Shown here in pieces: positions 1 through 12,006 of a DNA stretch of 64,000 nucleotides (within the stretch, counting starts at the first letter, position 1; the number at the start of each line of letters is the position of its first letter). The stretch is taken from positions 620,001-684,000 of the forward strand of contig CM038998.1 of assembly GCA_017499595.2 (NCBI GenBank), read 5' to 3'. The translations under genes and the position numbers were made by a program. The notes under the pieces were generated by a model. It worked only from the letters and a program-made list of their open reading frames with translations. It was not told the DNA's origin and did not search any database. The stretch is from Psilocybe cubensis. Its lineage: Eukaryota.

Positions 1-2983
1 ATCGTCCCCTTCGTCCTCCTCGCCCGTCTGCGATGCAGACTCCGCGCCGCTCTGCGACGGCACGGACGACGCGTACACGCGCGAGAGCCGGTGCGATTTG
101 TCGGGGTCAGCGGACTGCGAGCGGTGTACGCGGTTCGCTGTGGCAGCGGTAGCAGCAGCAGCAGTAGAAGTAGAAGTGGCATTCGCATTCGCATTCGTGG
201 TGGTGGTGGTAGAATCGTTGGGATTAGCAGAGCTAGCAGCGTGTTCGTTGGCCATGGGCGTAGCAGTAGCTGGTGTCGGAGGCACACCACCGTCCGCGTC
301 TAAAGTACCAGGAGCAGAGACAGACACTTCCTGCGCCCCGTCCTGATCCTGATCCCGAGCCCGAGCCTGAGCCTGAGCCTCTTCGTCAGCACGTATAGGA
401 GACCCATCCGCATCATCACCCCCCGGTCCATTCTGTGATACCACAAGATCCAGATCAGGCTGCACACCTGTCGCTGTCGACGGAGATGTTGTAGGAGCGG
501 CAGTGGTCGTAACGGCACTGTCGTCCGTAGCGTTATTTAACTTTGTCGGATGCTGCTGCTGCTGCTGATGCTGATGTTGCGAGTTATCATTCTCCACGTC
601 CATTTCCTCTTCTTCGATGATACCGCCGGCCACACGACCATGATCGCCCTCGCCCTCGCCTTCGGGGTGATCAAGCTCCATGAGCTGATCAATATCCTTC
701 TCCGCAAAAAATGCCGACTCGACCTCCCTCGTCCTGCCTTTTTCCCTCGCATGTACATTCACATTCACATTCACATTCTCCTTATTCTTCTTCTCCTTCT
801 CCTTCTCCTTCTCCTTATCCTTAGAACCATGCCCATGTCCATGTCCATGTCCATGTCCATGCGCCGCCAAATCCGACCTAACACGCTTAATCGCCCTCTC
901 CACTCTCACACTCTCCAAATCATCCGTGCGGACCCTCACAAACCTCTTCCACACCCGATCCATCCTCAACACATGCGTGTTCGAGATCGTCGTCAAATAC
1001 GCAGCGATCGCAGTCGACGACGGCGTGGCGTTCGTGTGCGCGTGGTGGCCTGTAGTAGTATGCGACTCGGACGTCTCATTGTCCTCTTTCGAGACGACAC
1101 CATCCTTATCAAGCGCATCAGAGGACGACACAGTCGACGCTAGATTCGTCGTGGACGGCGCAGCAGACGACCCATTCACATCCCCTCCAATACTCCCACT
1201 AACACTCCCACTAAGCGTCATCGCACCAAACGAGCCAAACGGATCGGGGCCCTCCTTCGCAGGCGTCATCACAAGCGGCGTATTGCCCCCCTTCTTCCCC
1301 ATCCCCATCCCAATCCCCATACTCATCCCCTTCCCACCCCCAGGCGACGCCAACCGCGAAAGCGTGTTCAAAAACGTCGACTTTCGTTTCTTCTCCTTCC
1401 CCTTCTTCTGCTGCGCGGGGGGCAGACCGGCGGGGTCGATGGGCAACGATGGAATTTTGAGGCCCGGGTGCGCACTGCGCAGTTTCACGTCGAGCTCGAT
1501 GAGCTCCGCGGCGGTGCGTGTGAGCGTCAGGTTGTGTGTGGGTGCTGGTGTGTGCAGCGTCGTCGCGGGTGTTATCACGGGTGATGGTGGTCGGTGCATG
1601 GGTGTAGACGGGCGCGAGTAGGTGCGCGGCGGCCGTGGTGGTGGTGATGGCAGAGATAGCAAGATCGGCGCGGGTGGTGGTTGTGTTGGTGGTGGTGGTG
1701 AGAGACGACGAGCGGGTGTTGGATTCGACGATGTCGGCAGCGTGGATAGCGACACGGACGATGATGCGGATGATGACGACGACGATGACGTCGGTGTGGG
1801 CGGGACAAAGTGGATGGTAAAAGTAGACGGAGACATCGTACAGTGGGAAAAACCAAAAGCGCCACGATGAGATGATGGGAGTGTAAAAGACAGAAAGAGG
1901 ACAAGGCAGGATTGAAAAAGCAACAAGCAAGTCAGCAAGCGTGTTCAATCCAGAGAGAAAACAACGGAGAAGTTAGGAAAAGTATGAATGAATGAGAGTT
2001 TCCCGATATATCAGCCCTCGAGCGGAAACCCACGCAGAGATATCAAAGAAGTGAATGCAAGCAGAAGCAAAGGTAAATCTAAAGTTGCAATCATGAAAAG
2101 CACAAGCCCTCTGCCCCAACAACATTGAACGAACCCATCATGAATCAGCGCACAACACCACAACACCAACAACAACATGCACCACGCGCAAGGCAACGCG
2201 CATACATGTAACACCGTGCATGCAACGCACAACGTAGCACGTATCATAAATTTATGACGATGCCTGTACATCATGGTCATGGATTCATGATCATGCCATG
2301 ACGATAAAGCGCGCCAATCCCAATCGATACCGATATCATCTACATCTAATTACAGCCGGAGCACCCTGTTTTTCAAGAGGGGCATCGAGCAGAGCATCGA
2401 CATCAATGCGGATGTTTCGATAACACCGCACCGCAGATATGAAGATATGAAAGATGAAAATAAAAAAATAGAAAAGGAACCATCATCGTCATCAAAAAAA
2501 GAAAAAACAAAAGATTTCCAACGGAAAGGAGGTTCAAGCGGGTCGTATGAACGCAGCAGGCAGCAAGCAGACAAACGGTCTTTGCAAAGCGACAAAGATT
2601 GAGGTATGAATGAATGAATGAATGAATGAAGTGAAGAATGAAATGAGGTGCACCACACAAAATGTCAAAACGTCAAAACGCCAACACCAAAAAAACCAAA
2701 AAAGACAATAAAAAAATAAAAGAAACGAGAAAAACCACTCACTCTTAACATAAAGACACCACACAAACGCATCATACGGCGTCTCCGCAACACTGACGCT
2801 CCATGGCCCATCCTGTGTGTCCATCCGCACTGGACCCCGCCGTCCCGCTGTCGCCGATGCAGAAACAAAGGCGGACGCAGAAGCAGAGGCAGAGGCGGAT
2901 GCGGAGGGAGAGACGGAGGCGGAAGCGGATGCAGAAGCGGACGTAGGGCCGGTCGAGGGCAAGTTCGTGTCTAGAGCTTTCAT
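1..2983 (-). CDS. 5' part of a conserved agaricomycete PX-like-domain protein, probably an AGC-family (Akt/Ypk/Sch9-like) kinase whose kinase domain lies left of the window. Exon 1 2983-2743, intron 2742-1545, exon 2 from 1544 off the edge
   Basis: Splicing A|GTGAGT...CAG|CA joins DTQDGPWSVSVAETPYDAFVWCLYVK to TPTHNLTLTRTAAELIELDVKL in frame. Downstream is IAAYLTTISNTHVLRMDRVWKRFVRVRTDDLESVRVERAIKRVRSDLAAH. The kinase identity is recalled from similar N-termini; no kinase domain is visible here. Confidence 0.6.
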
Positions 2984-3399
2984 TTCGTCTTAGTTCGAGT
3001 TCGAGGGTTGAGTTTGGGTTTATGAGTCCGAATTCGAGTTTGTGTGGTGGGTGTTGTGTAAGATATGGTGTGGTATGCTAGCGTAAGATGTTCGAAGCGT
3101 AGATGCAAGTCGGTGTGAGGTGAGGTAAGATAGCTCGAGCTGAGGCGATAGTGTCAGCAACAATGTAGGCGTAGGATGAAACCGTAGAACACACACTGGG
3201 TTGGCAAGCTAAAAGCTGATAGGTGAACGTCGATAGTCGATAATCGGTATAGGTGTAGGTGTAGGTATAGGTGGGCGGTGGGTATACCACGTCAATCTGA
3301 ATCCCTCTTCAGATCTCGAGACAAAGTCGAACCAAGAGTCGAGAGTCGAGCGTCGAGTCGAGGAGAAAACCCGAAAAAAGGGGTTGTAGGTGGTGGGGG

Positions 3400-4700
3400 T
3401 AGTAGTAGCAGTGGGTGGTAGTAATAGCAGTGGGTAGTGGGCGGTGGTGGTGGTGGTGGTAGTCAACTCCGTAGCGGTAGCGGTAGCGGAGTGGCACGAA
3501 AAGTTTCCCAACTCCTATCGAATCGAATCGAATCGAATCGAATCCAACACCAAAAGACCCTCTTTTCTCTTAACTTCACTCCTTCTCACTTATCTCCTAT
3601 CCCTTTTTCCTCGCTTTCCTTCTATCCTTTCTTTTCCTTCCAATCTAAACCAATCCTATCCAATTTCACCCCTCAACGGTCAACACCGAACCCAACCAAC
3701 GAAACAGAAACAAAGCAAAGCTGGAGGATGGAGCAGCAGAGGAAAGCGACGTGTCGTGTCGACGTCTCTATTACTGTCAACGCCAACGTCGATGTCGATG
3801 TCGATGTCGATGATGTGGTAGTAGCGATAGTGGTGCAAGCGCAAACACAACCAGAACCACCGTCACCGTTCACGTTCCCGTTCCCGTTCCCGTTCAACAG
3901 TCACACTCCTCTCAAACGTAACCAAGCACGCACACACGCACGCAAGTACGTACAGCTCAGCAAATAGGGAATAGGGAGGGGTGCGTGGGTAGGTGCGTGG
4001 GGGTGTGGATATTGGATATTACGATGCTACGATCCGCCAATCCGGCTCTGATGTCTGAATCAGGCTGAGGTGAGGTGAGGCGAGGCGAGGCGAGGCGAGG
4101 TGAGGTGAGTCAGGCAACTGGGTGGGTATGTGCGAATGTGAATGCAAATGCGAATATAAGCGAAAGTGTAAGTATAAGCGTAAGCGTAAGTGTAAGTACA
4201 AGTAGACGAACGACAAACAAACAAACAAACAAACGCACGAACGAACGAGATTGACTTGCCGAATGAATGAATGAATGAATGACTGGACGATTGGATGGGA
4301 CGACTGAACAGAATGTAATTTGTCTGAACTGGCAACAGCCTGAGCTACGACCCTAGCGACAAGACGCAGTGTGACTGTGGGAAACCAGTTACAACGGCAA
4401 ACCACCCAACGAAAAACTTGAATGAAAAATGAAAAATCGTGTTTTGCTTCGTGGGCGGCAGGCGGTAGGCGGTGGGCGGGTTGCAACCGTCTTGAGACTT
4501 AAACTTGTCCCGGCACAATTACCAGCTATACAAGGAGAGGAACTGAACAAACAGTCAAACAGTCGGGTCGGGTTGGGTATGGTGTTATGCTGTGTTATGT
4601 GGTGTCGTGTGATGGTATTGTGTGCAAGATAAAAAAGATAAAAAGATATGTGCTGTGATATGATATGATATGATTGTGATTTGATTGTGATTATGATGGA
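3400..4700. repeat. Microsatellite-dense upstream region
   Basis: Runs of (TCGAA)n about 3517-3543, (GATGTC)n, (TTCCCG)n, (GAGGT/GAGGC)n about 4067-4108, (AAAC)n, (GAAT)n, (GATAT)n. Confidence 0.9.
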
Positions 4701-5656
4701 TTAGATTCAGACGGAATCCCTCTGGAGTCTGTGACTCGTACAATGAAGCTTGAAGTGTCTGTCGCAAAGAATGTCCCAAAGAATCAGGATGGTACAGGAG
4801 CAGAGCCAAGTGCCCGAGCTCTAGCCAACAACCACAGTTTTACACAAATAGGCATAGACAGGGCAGGCCACGAAGCGAAACAGTTCACACGACCTCATCT
4901 CAAATTGTCATTCAATTTTCAAAAGTCCAAACTTTCAAAAAAGAAAAAAAGAAGAAAAGGCCGAGTCAGAGTTTTCAAGCGCAAGTAACGTAACTAACCA
5001 TGTAACAAACCCAATGAAATGCACAATTTTTAGTTACGCTACTCGTACTAGTAAGCCTCGAGGCTCCCAGGGCAGCGGGGCGATAAGTGGGCCGGACAGT
5101 GGGCAGTGCGCAAGCCGAAGAATCCGAAATCGAATCGAGTCCTCAGTCTAATCAAACGGTAATCCACTCCAAGTAAGGCTAAACTAAACCCGTCCAGGAT
5201 CCAGCAGCCATTTTGGTCAAGTAGTACTCAAGTAGTACTTGTACCTGGACTATATAACTAGTCAAAAGTATGATTACTCTTATTCTTACTGGTAAAAAAA
5301 TACTATAGTACTAGCTGCCCGAATCCAGTCTGATTGCCCTTCAGCGTTCTACGTCATACGTTCAAAGGACACCTATTCAGATCGTCCAATATCTCTCAGC
5401 TTTGAATCAAATAGGCGGAGACGAACACACTTGGTTGGAATACAAACAATTTATATGAAGATTGTGACTTGAAGTAGTGACCGAAGAATCCGACATCGAT
5501 TCCAGTCCTCAGCTCAGTTTAATCTACCACTCCCAAGTTACTAAGTTAGGCTAAACTAAACCCGTCCAGCAGCCATTTTGGCCAAGCGGTACTCATGTAG
5601 TACTTGTACCTGGACTATTTGAACTTGTCAGAAGTATAATTACCCTTATTCTTACT

Positions 5657-6650
5657 TAGTTATGAGTCCTCCTTTAGGAGGACTCGTTTTTATATCCTAG
5701 CCTGTTTTGTATGGAAAGCAAGAGGGTTACGCAGTGGTTACGCTCCCAAGACCGACACCAAACAGTGCCGCACGTTAAACCACATGGTGTTGATTTTTTG
5801 TCAACAATTGTATCCTTTTACTGTTCAAACTTCGGAGGAAGGTCAACCTAATGTAAAATGTGTCGAATGCGCTTGACGTTCTGGAACTCTTGTGGAGTGA
5901 GACCAGCTTGAAAGACTTATATGATGCTGTGCGAGAGTACATGGAGATCGGACCGAGAGTACAAGTGTTGAATGAAAAGCTGGGGGCGGCGAGTGACTTT
6001 GTCAGTTTAATTTTCGTCGAATGTAAAGATGACCAATTCACACTAACTTTGTTCTCGCTGGACGCTATTCATGACCATCTAAATAATTCCGCAATGAAGC
6101 AGATAACGGCTTTCCATAGTTTTGAACAGGTTTTGAAACGCTTAATGAGCAGGCGATCAATCGGCACGTTTTGATCGGAGATTGAATGAGGATTTTCGCC
6201 GTTCACATGCGCAAGAATCGCTGTCTTTGGTGAGTCGGCGATCAATCGGCTTTGAGGTCGATCTTTAAAACTCAGTTGTCAAACGCTTTTTGAGCCGGCA
6301 ATGGCTCGGCAAAAAGGTCGTAACTTCAAATATCCTATAACTTGAGAATCTGTTTAGATTTTCAAAGATTTCTTGTCGCTCCCGCATTGAAGGGTCTACT
6401 TAGTTCATACAGCAACTAAATTTCTATTTATCACCGTAACATCAAAGGCCTACTTAATTATCTAGACCCAAATAGTTCACTAGTTGGTCATCACCCTAGC
6501 ATTGAAGGCTTAATTATTTATGTAGCTACCTACCCCTTGAACATCAATGATTTCATTCTTTGCAGTCCAATCTTTGTCTTCAAGTCAGATAAAAGGGAGA
6601 AAATCAGCAAAATTCCGGACAAGCCCCTAGGGGAGCTTCCCGGGGCTTGT
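5657..6650. mobile_element. Putative non-autonomous insertion of about 1 kb, bounded by hairpins (Helitron-like inference), carrying a DUF155 gene fragment
   Basis: Absent from the adjacent paralogous copy (5290-5308). Left hairpin GAGTCCTCCT-TT-AGGAGGACTC at 5664-5685; right hairpin ACAAGCCCC...GGGGCTTGT at 6619-6650, followed by ACTAG. Confidence 0.5.
5821..6108 (+). pseudogene. Internal fragment of a DUF155 (Rmd1/Rmd8/RMND1-like) gene
   Basis: LFKLRRKVNL(M*N)VSNALDVLELLWSETSLKDLYDAVREYMEIGPRVQVLNEKLGAASDF / LDAIHDHLNNSAMKQIT resembles the DUF155 C-terminal region. In-frame stop near 5854; no N-terminus; no terminal TM segment. Confidence 0.7.
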
Positions 6651-7019
6651 ACTAGCTGCCCGAATAAGGACAAGTTGTTAGTCCGCAACACAGAGCACGG
6701 TAGCTTGCCTGCACTGAATAGTTGGCAAATATTCAAGGAGGCTAGTCACAATGGCTGGAACTTGAGGAGAGAAGTATGAGTTAAAATATATTGCTACATC
6801 TGGCGTCAGACAATAACAGTGAGCCTGTAAAGTCTGATTTCTGATTGCCCTTCATCGTTCTACGTCACCCGTTCAAAGGTCACCTATTTAGATCGTCGAA
6901 TATCTCTCAGCTGTGAATCAAATAGGCTGAGATGAACGCTCTTGGTTATATTGCAAACAATTTATATGAAAACTGTTGCTTAAAGTACTAGTAAAGTCTT
7001 CCAAAATGATACAAAAAAA

Positions 7020-8781
7020 TCACACCAAACATTGCCTCTTAGCTTTAGGTTGCGCAGCACTGGCATCCCTCTCACGTCCTCCATCTTCTTCTGCCTCTTT
7101 TTCATCAACTTTGAGAGGGCGCTTACTCGCACTGGCGGAGAGTCCATCCATATAGTTCAGTCGAGAGCTAGTAACAACTTTGTTATTTGCCTTTTCGTTC
7201 TTATCTTTCTTGGAAAAGTTGTACACATCTTTCGCTGAGCACTGTGGCATTTCGAAGAAATCCGGTGGATACCGACTGATCCTAGCACGCTTCCATAACG
7301 CGGGGTAGACTGGTGGCTTGGAGTCATTGTTCGGTGACTCCAATGCGGTAGGCGTTATACCAAGTGGCTGCATGCCTTCAGCTTCACGTCGTAGAAAAGT
7401 CGAAAACCACTTGTCGTCCGGGCTATCCCAATCAACCGTCGAAACAGGAGCAGGGCGCCGCTCGATTTTCAAGCGTTCGCGTAATCCGCCCTTTTTGGGA
7501 GGTTCGTAGTAGCGAGGATGAAACTCTTGACCAATAGTGGCGAAGACATCGTGCAAGCGAGATATATTGAATTTGCCCAGCGCAATGTCGACTCTATGTA
7601 TGGAACAGGCCATGATGGTGCAAATTTTTTGGGATCCTCCAATAACCTCTTTGTTTTCGGTGATGGTCATATCATTAAAGAGCGAGTCCATCTGTTTGTG
7701 AAGTTGCTCAGGGCCATGGTCGTGACGAGTATACCGGAGGACTTGGTATACGAGAACCCAAAAGATGGACTCCATATCATCCCCTAGGGAATGCATGACG
7801 ACGGGCTGAGACGAACGCGCCTGCAAAATCCTCGCAGAAATAAAACCCCAAGTACCCTATTCATGTCGTTATTATAATCTAGAACGAAGAAATGCAACGA
7901 ATACTAACTGTCTTTTGCAAATGCTTTTCACGCTTCTCGAGGAGCAAACACATATCCCAGTCAATGAGAACTCCTCTCCATTCCTTTGTCTCCTTATCCA
8001 TCACGATCATAATATTACTCGCGCTAATGTCTCTGTGTAAAATGCCTGCCTTGAAGGCTGCTTGAGCGGCTGGAGCGTAACAGTAAGTACAAATCTACAA
8101 GGTTAACCAGAAAAGAACATACCATCAACAACATCCGCAAGACATGAAAGGAGAACCTTGCACCAAGTGAACGTCGACAAATCTCGAGCAACGGTATTGA
8201 GCACAAGACGATGGCAAACCATAAATCCAAATCCAAAACGCTTGAATCGTCCACTATGGTTGAGACTGCCCCACCATTCCTGCGTCTCAGTCTTCAAATC
8301 ATCAACATCATTGCCAAGGCGCATGGACGCAATATTCGGAACTCCGTGTTCGTGAAGCCTTCGATATATATCAGCTTCAGGCGCTGTCCGCGCCGAATCC
8401 TCCTGCCACGAATCCTTCATGAAGCACATTTTTCTCTCTGACTTGTCGGGATGATCTAAAAAGGCCAGTGATCGTCTAGAGCCGCGGGTGAAAGGATTGA
8501 TGACACTAGGCCTGTATGCAGGTGCTGGGACAAAAAATGCTTCGGTTTGATTTATAGCTGAATCATTGACAGTGACGCGATAGAAATTCGACTCTTTCGC
8601 GGGTCTCCGAGGCCTGCCGTTGACATCGTTCTTGCGATGGCTGAATTTTGCACCTTCATGCCAGGACCGCTCGTAATAATTATCAAAAGCACTCGCCACA
8701 TCATCAGGAAGCGTTTGGGTCGGAACCCGAATGGCATTGGTATCGAATCCTCTTTGGCGGAGTGACAGTTGTCCAAAGCGA
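7020..8781 (-). pseudogene. 3' half of a fungal-type protein kinase (FunK1, Pkinase_fungal) gene interrupted by the KDZ element. Exons ~8781-8123, 8069-7910, ~7856-7020
   Basis: Motifs RFGQLSLRQRGFDT, FMKDSW, PEADIYRRLHEHGVPNI, HRLVL, ILHRDISASNIMI, GVLIDWD, KTGTWGFIS and HSLGDDMESIFWV, joined by GT-AG introns. Confidence 0.9.
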
Positions 8782-8790
8782 TGAAACTCA

Positions 8791-9159
8791 CTGGACTTTG
8801 TTTAAACATCGGTCTATGACATAAAAGGGCCGTTTAATCCCACGTGGGGTTTAAACCATGTTCATTCAAGTCTCTCTAGTCTATTTTGAACCATGTACTA
8901 GTTAGCTCTGAAATCATATACGGTTGGTGTACAAAAAAGTAGTCTATTAAAACAAAAATGACATAGAGACAAAGTAAAGTTAGAAGCATTCATCGCTGTT
9001 TAAACACAATCGACAATTAAACAGTCCAAAAAATTAAGCAATGTTTAAATGAACTGGTAAAATTAAACAGCTACAAAGGAATAAACAATGTTGAAGACGA
9101 CAGAGAAGATTAAACAGCAACCACAATTAAACGCTCTTTAAACCTGCGATGGATTCAAC
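8791..9159 (+). repeat. Left subterminal inverted repeat (369 bp)
   Basis: CTGGACTTTGTTTAAACATCGG...CTGCGATGGATTCAAC is the reverse complement of 20325-20693, with 3 mismatches found by eye. Confidence 0.95.
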
Positions 9160-9211
9160 AATGTTTAAAACTAAGATACAAATAAACGATGTTAATTGGG
9201 GCGAGGTGGAT

Positions 9212-11174
9212 TCAAGATGGCTTTTCCGGAGACGAAACTGGCTCCATATACCAAGTGTCCCTAAGCTTGCGCTTTTTGGGTGGTGGAAGAGAAGGATCTG
9301 TGACAAGCGCAGGTCCCAATGCAGCTTGCGTGCGCGGGCGGCCCGTACGTCGTACAGCTACAGGTGGTCCCTCCGTCCTAACTCTCTTTTTGGGCTTCTT
9401 CTTCGGTTTGATAGTGGCAGTGCTTGCAGCTGTGGTGGTAATATCATCACCGGCACCCTGTTTTGCAGAGTGGCCCTCCTTGGAGGCCGGAGAGCCTGCC
9501 GCCGATGGTCCAATGACAGTTTGAGGAACATTAGAGGACACATCTGTGTGTTGCATTGGAGGAGAGCATGACGGAAGAGGAGTCATGGGCGATAGTGAAG
9601 AAAGCGATGCACGAGGTGGTGTTTTCGGAGGTGGTGTTGAAAAACTAGCAGCCTGGTCAGAGGTAGGTGGCAAAAGTGAAGGGCGAGATGGAGTCTTCGC
9701 AGGTGGTGTCAAAAAATGGGCAACGTTAGTCAATCTTGATGGTGAAGATAAAGTCCCCGAAGGTGATGCATCATCGTAAGAGGGCGAGTGAGAACTTGGA
9801 GAAGGTTGCAATTTCTGTAACTCTGCTTGGCGCTGATGCTGCGCTATGCGGTCTTTCGAATAAAATTTGAACGGCGTGGCATCAGGTAGCAAACGCAGAT
9901 ATTTGGTTAGAGCCAGAATTTCGTCGGGTTCTAGCACTTGCGGGGACTTTAAGGCGCCTATTGGTAAATTGAATGTCTCTGTGTCGTAGTACATATCAGG
10001 GTTGGAATAAATCGCATCCCAGGGGATGGTCGCATCGCCATCTTGAGTATAGTCTATCGCAAAGTAAGTCAGTAAGGTGTTTACAAATGCTCCAAGATTG
10101 ACCTACGCCAGAGAGACAGAAAATAATCTTCGAGAATTAGAGCTGCAGACGATAGCGGTTGACCTTTCAAGTCAATAAATGGCAAGAGAGGGCAGCCGTT
10201 GGTGTCTCGCAGCAACCTAGTGCTGAGTTGGAGTTCTTGCCCTACAAAGGTTTGTCAGTATATCACAAGTAAATGACGACTAAAAGAATACCACTCACGA
10301 GGAAGAACTGACTTGGCATGATTGTTCCAGCGTTCCAGTGAAGCTGTATCATACTCAAATTTGCCATCGTCTATCAAAGCTCCTTCGTTGCTGTCGAATG
10401 CCGCGCTGACTTTGCCTCCAAAAATGTTGCCGCCTTTGCGAAATGCATATGATAGGGATAATACACATGAGCCGAGCTGTCCGCCGGTGAGCAGTCCTTC
10501 GAGGGCTTCCTGAGCCACACTGTCAAACTCTGCTCGATTGCTGCGAAGCATCGTCAGAACGTATCCTAAACAAGCAACATTGACTTACGCATCAATATCA
10601 TCCCTCATATGTCTAACTTTTTCCTCCCAAGCCTTGTGATCTTCTTTCGACCACAGTTGTTGAATTGCAATTTGACGAGCAGCTCCTCCAGGTATTCCCC
10701 GTTCCTGACTGATTTGGCGGTATAACGCCACAATTCTATCGTTGTTTTCGACAACAAAGTGGTCTCGAGGGGTGGCATTTGAAGAGAGTTGGAGAAAAGG
10801 AGTCTTGGCCGTGGATATAGTAGGAGTTTTTTGTAAACCCTTTTTCCCTTGCTTGACCTTTATGTCGTAGTTGAAGTGATTTGTCCACACACGTACTATG
10901 GCCTGACACGAATTGTAAGTAAGTCATAAAGAGAATTCATTCTACATACCGATGACCACTGTTTGAGAGTCTCGGTCTCGGATAACTTGCCCGCAAAAAT
11001 CTCCTCGGCGAGTAGAGAGTTGACAGTTTTGGCTTTCCAGTCTGATAGCTGCTTGCAGTGACCGCGCCATTCAGGATCAAGCTCCGCAACCTTGGCTCTG
11101 AATGCAGGTATGTATTCCTTGATGCGCGCCATCTGGGCATCCGAGAAAACGAATCTGGTGGCTTTGGCAGGCAT
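9212..11174 (-). CDS. Cargo gene A: uncharacterised 5-exon protein with an HMG-box-like segment and a GxPxLP...PWD...FKF C-terminal domain
   Basis: Four GT-AG introns join ORFs 10896-11174, 10585-10890, 10255-10551, a short exon (QELQ...EDYFLSLW) and 9212-9994 in frame. HMG-like stretch PRDHFVVENNDRIVALY...IQQLWSKEDHKAWEEK; P/S-rich, basic tail. Confidence 0.75.
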
Positions 11175-11441
11175 GAAGTCAGTCTAGTAAGTATACGTTG
11201 TAAGAAGGATCAGAGGTAGGGTAGGGGTCTGTACATACATATATAATGAAAAGTTATGACACCCTGCGCTTTGCCAGTGGCCTGATTAATCTCGAAATGA
11301 CCAGTTGTGGCCCATAATTCAGTAATGAGAAACGTTCTGAAAAGAATAGTATTCATCAGTGAATGGCACAGGTGGCCCAAATAGCCACTCGTACCAGTGC
11401 CTTAGAAAGTACACAACGGATCTAAAGGGCCACCAAAGGAA

Positions 11442-11777
11442 GCACCTGACGCCAAGTCGAGGTTGCGAGACCGACACAGAGTAAGGGCGGTATTGAGAGC
11501 GATGGTGATGAGAAAGATGGGGGTGCTGAAGCAACCGACGCAGAGTCGAGGTTGCGAGACCGACACAGAGTCGAGGTCGAGCGATGGTGATGATAAAGAT
11601 GGGGGTGCTGAAGCAACCGACGCAGAGTCGAGGTTGCGAGACCGACACAGAGTCGAGGCCTCATGAGCATGAGTAGGTATGGGCGGTATTGAGAGCGATG
11701 GTGATGAGAAAGATGGGGGGTGCTGAAGCAACCGACGCATAGTCAAGGTTGCGAGACCGACGCCAAGTCGAGGCCTC
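11442..11777 (-). repeat. Bulged-hairpin cluster 1 (about 8 units) upstream of cargo gene A
   Basis: Minus-strand units such as GCAACC-TC-GAC-TCTGC-GTC-GGTTGC, GACC-TC-GAC-TCTGT-GTC-GGTC and GAGGCC-TC-GAC-TTGGC-GTC-GGTCTC, within larger tandem repeats. Confidence 0.85.
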
Positions 11778-12006
11778 ATGAACATGGTGGTTGAGTGGTG
11801 AGTGGCGGGATGAAGGGTCGCATTACCAAATCGGACTCAATCACGTGACCTGCACCCCCCAAGTCCAACTCAGAGTTGAACTTCGAGTCCGCTGTCTTTG
11901 CCCACTTTATTCCCCCTCTGCTTTTGCTCCTCATCGCCCGCCCTTCTTTTGCCCCCTTTATTATTAACTGTACAACCAGGTAAGTATTTAGATTTTTAAT
12001 TTTCTG

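Larger units (their letters stand above)
5125..6990. repeat. Diverged tandem duplication: copy 1 about 5125-5480; copy 2 about 5490-6990, interrupted by insertions
   Basis: AGGCTAAACTAAACCCGTCCAG...GTAGTACTTGTACCTGGACTA...TTATTCTTACT occurs at about 5177-5290 and 5548-5656. GTACTAGCTGCCCGAAT occurs at 5308 and 6649. CTGATTGCCCTTCA...CAAACAATTTATATGAA occurs at about 5330-5459 and 6841-6970. Confidence 0.85.

Noticed and set aside
91-1948. Many plus-strand and alternate-frame ORFs, also around 32677-34500
   Set aside because: Antisense or off-frame shadows of GC-rich real genes and of microsatellites.
5664-5701. Canonical Helitron 3' end (hairpin, 11 nt, CTAG)
   Set aside because: CTAG is followed by C rather than T, and this hairpin lies at the left boundary of the insertion; kept only as Helitron-like.
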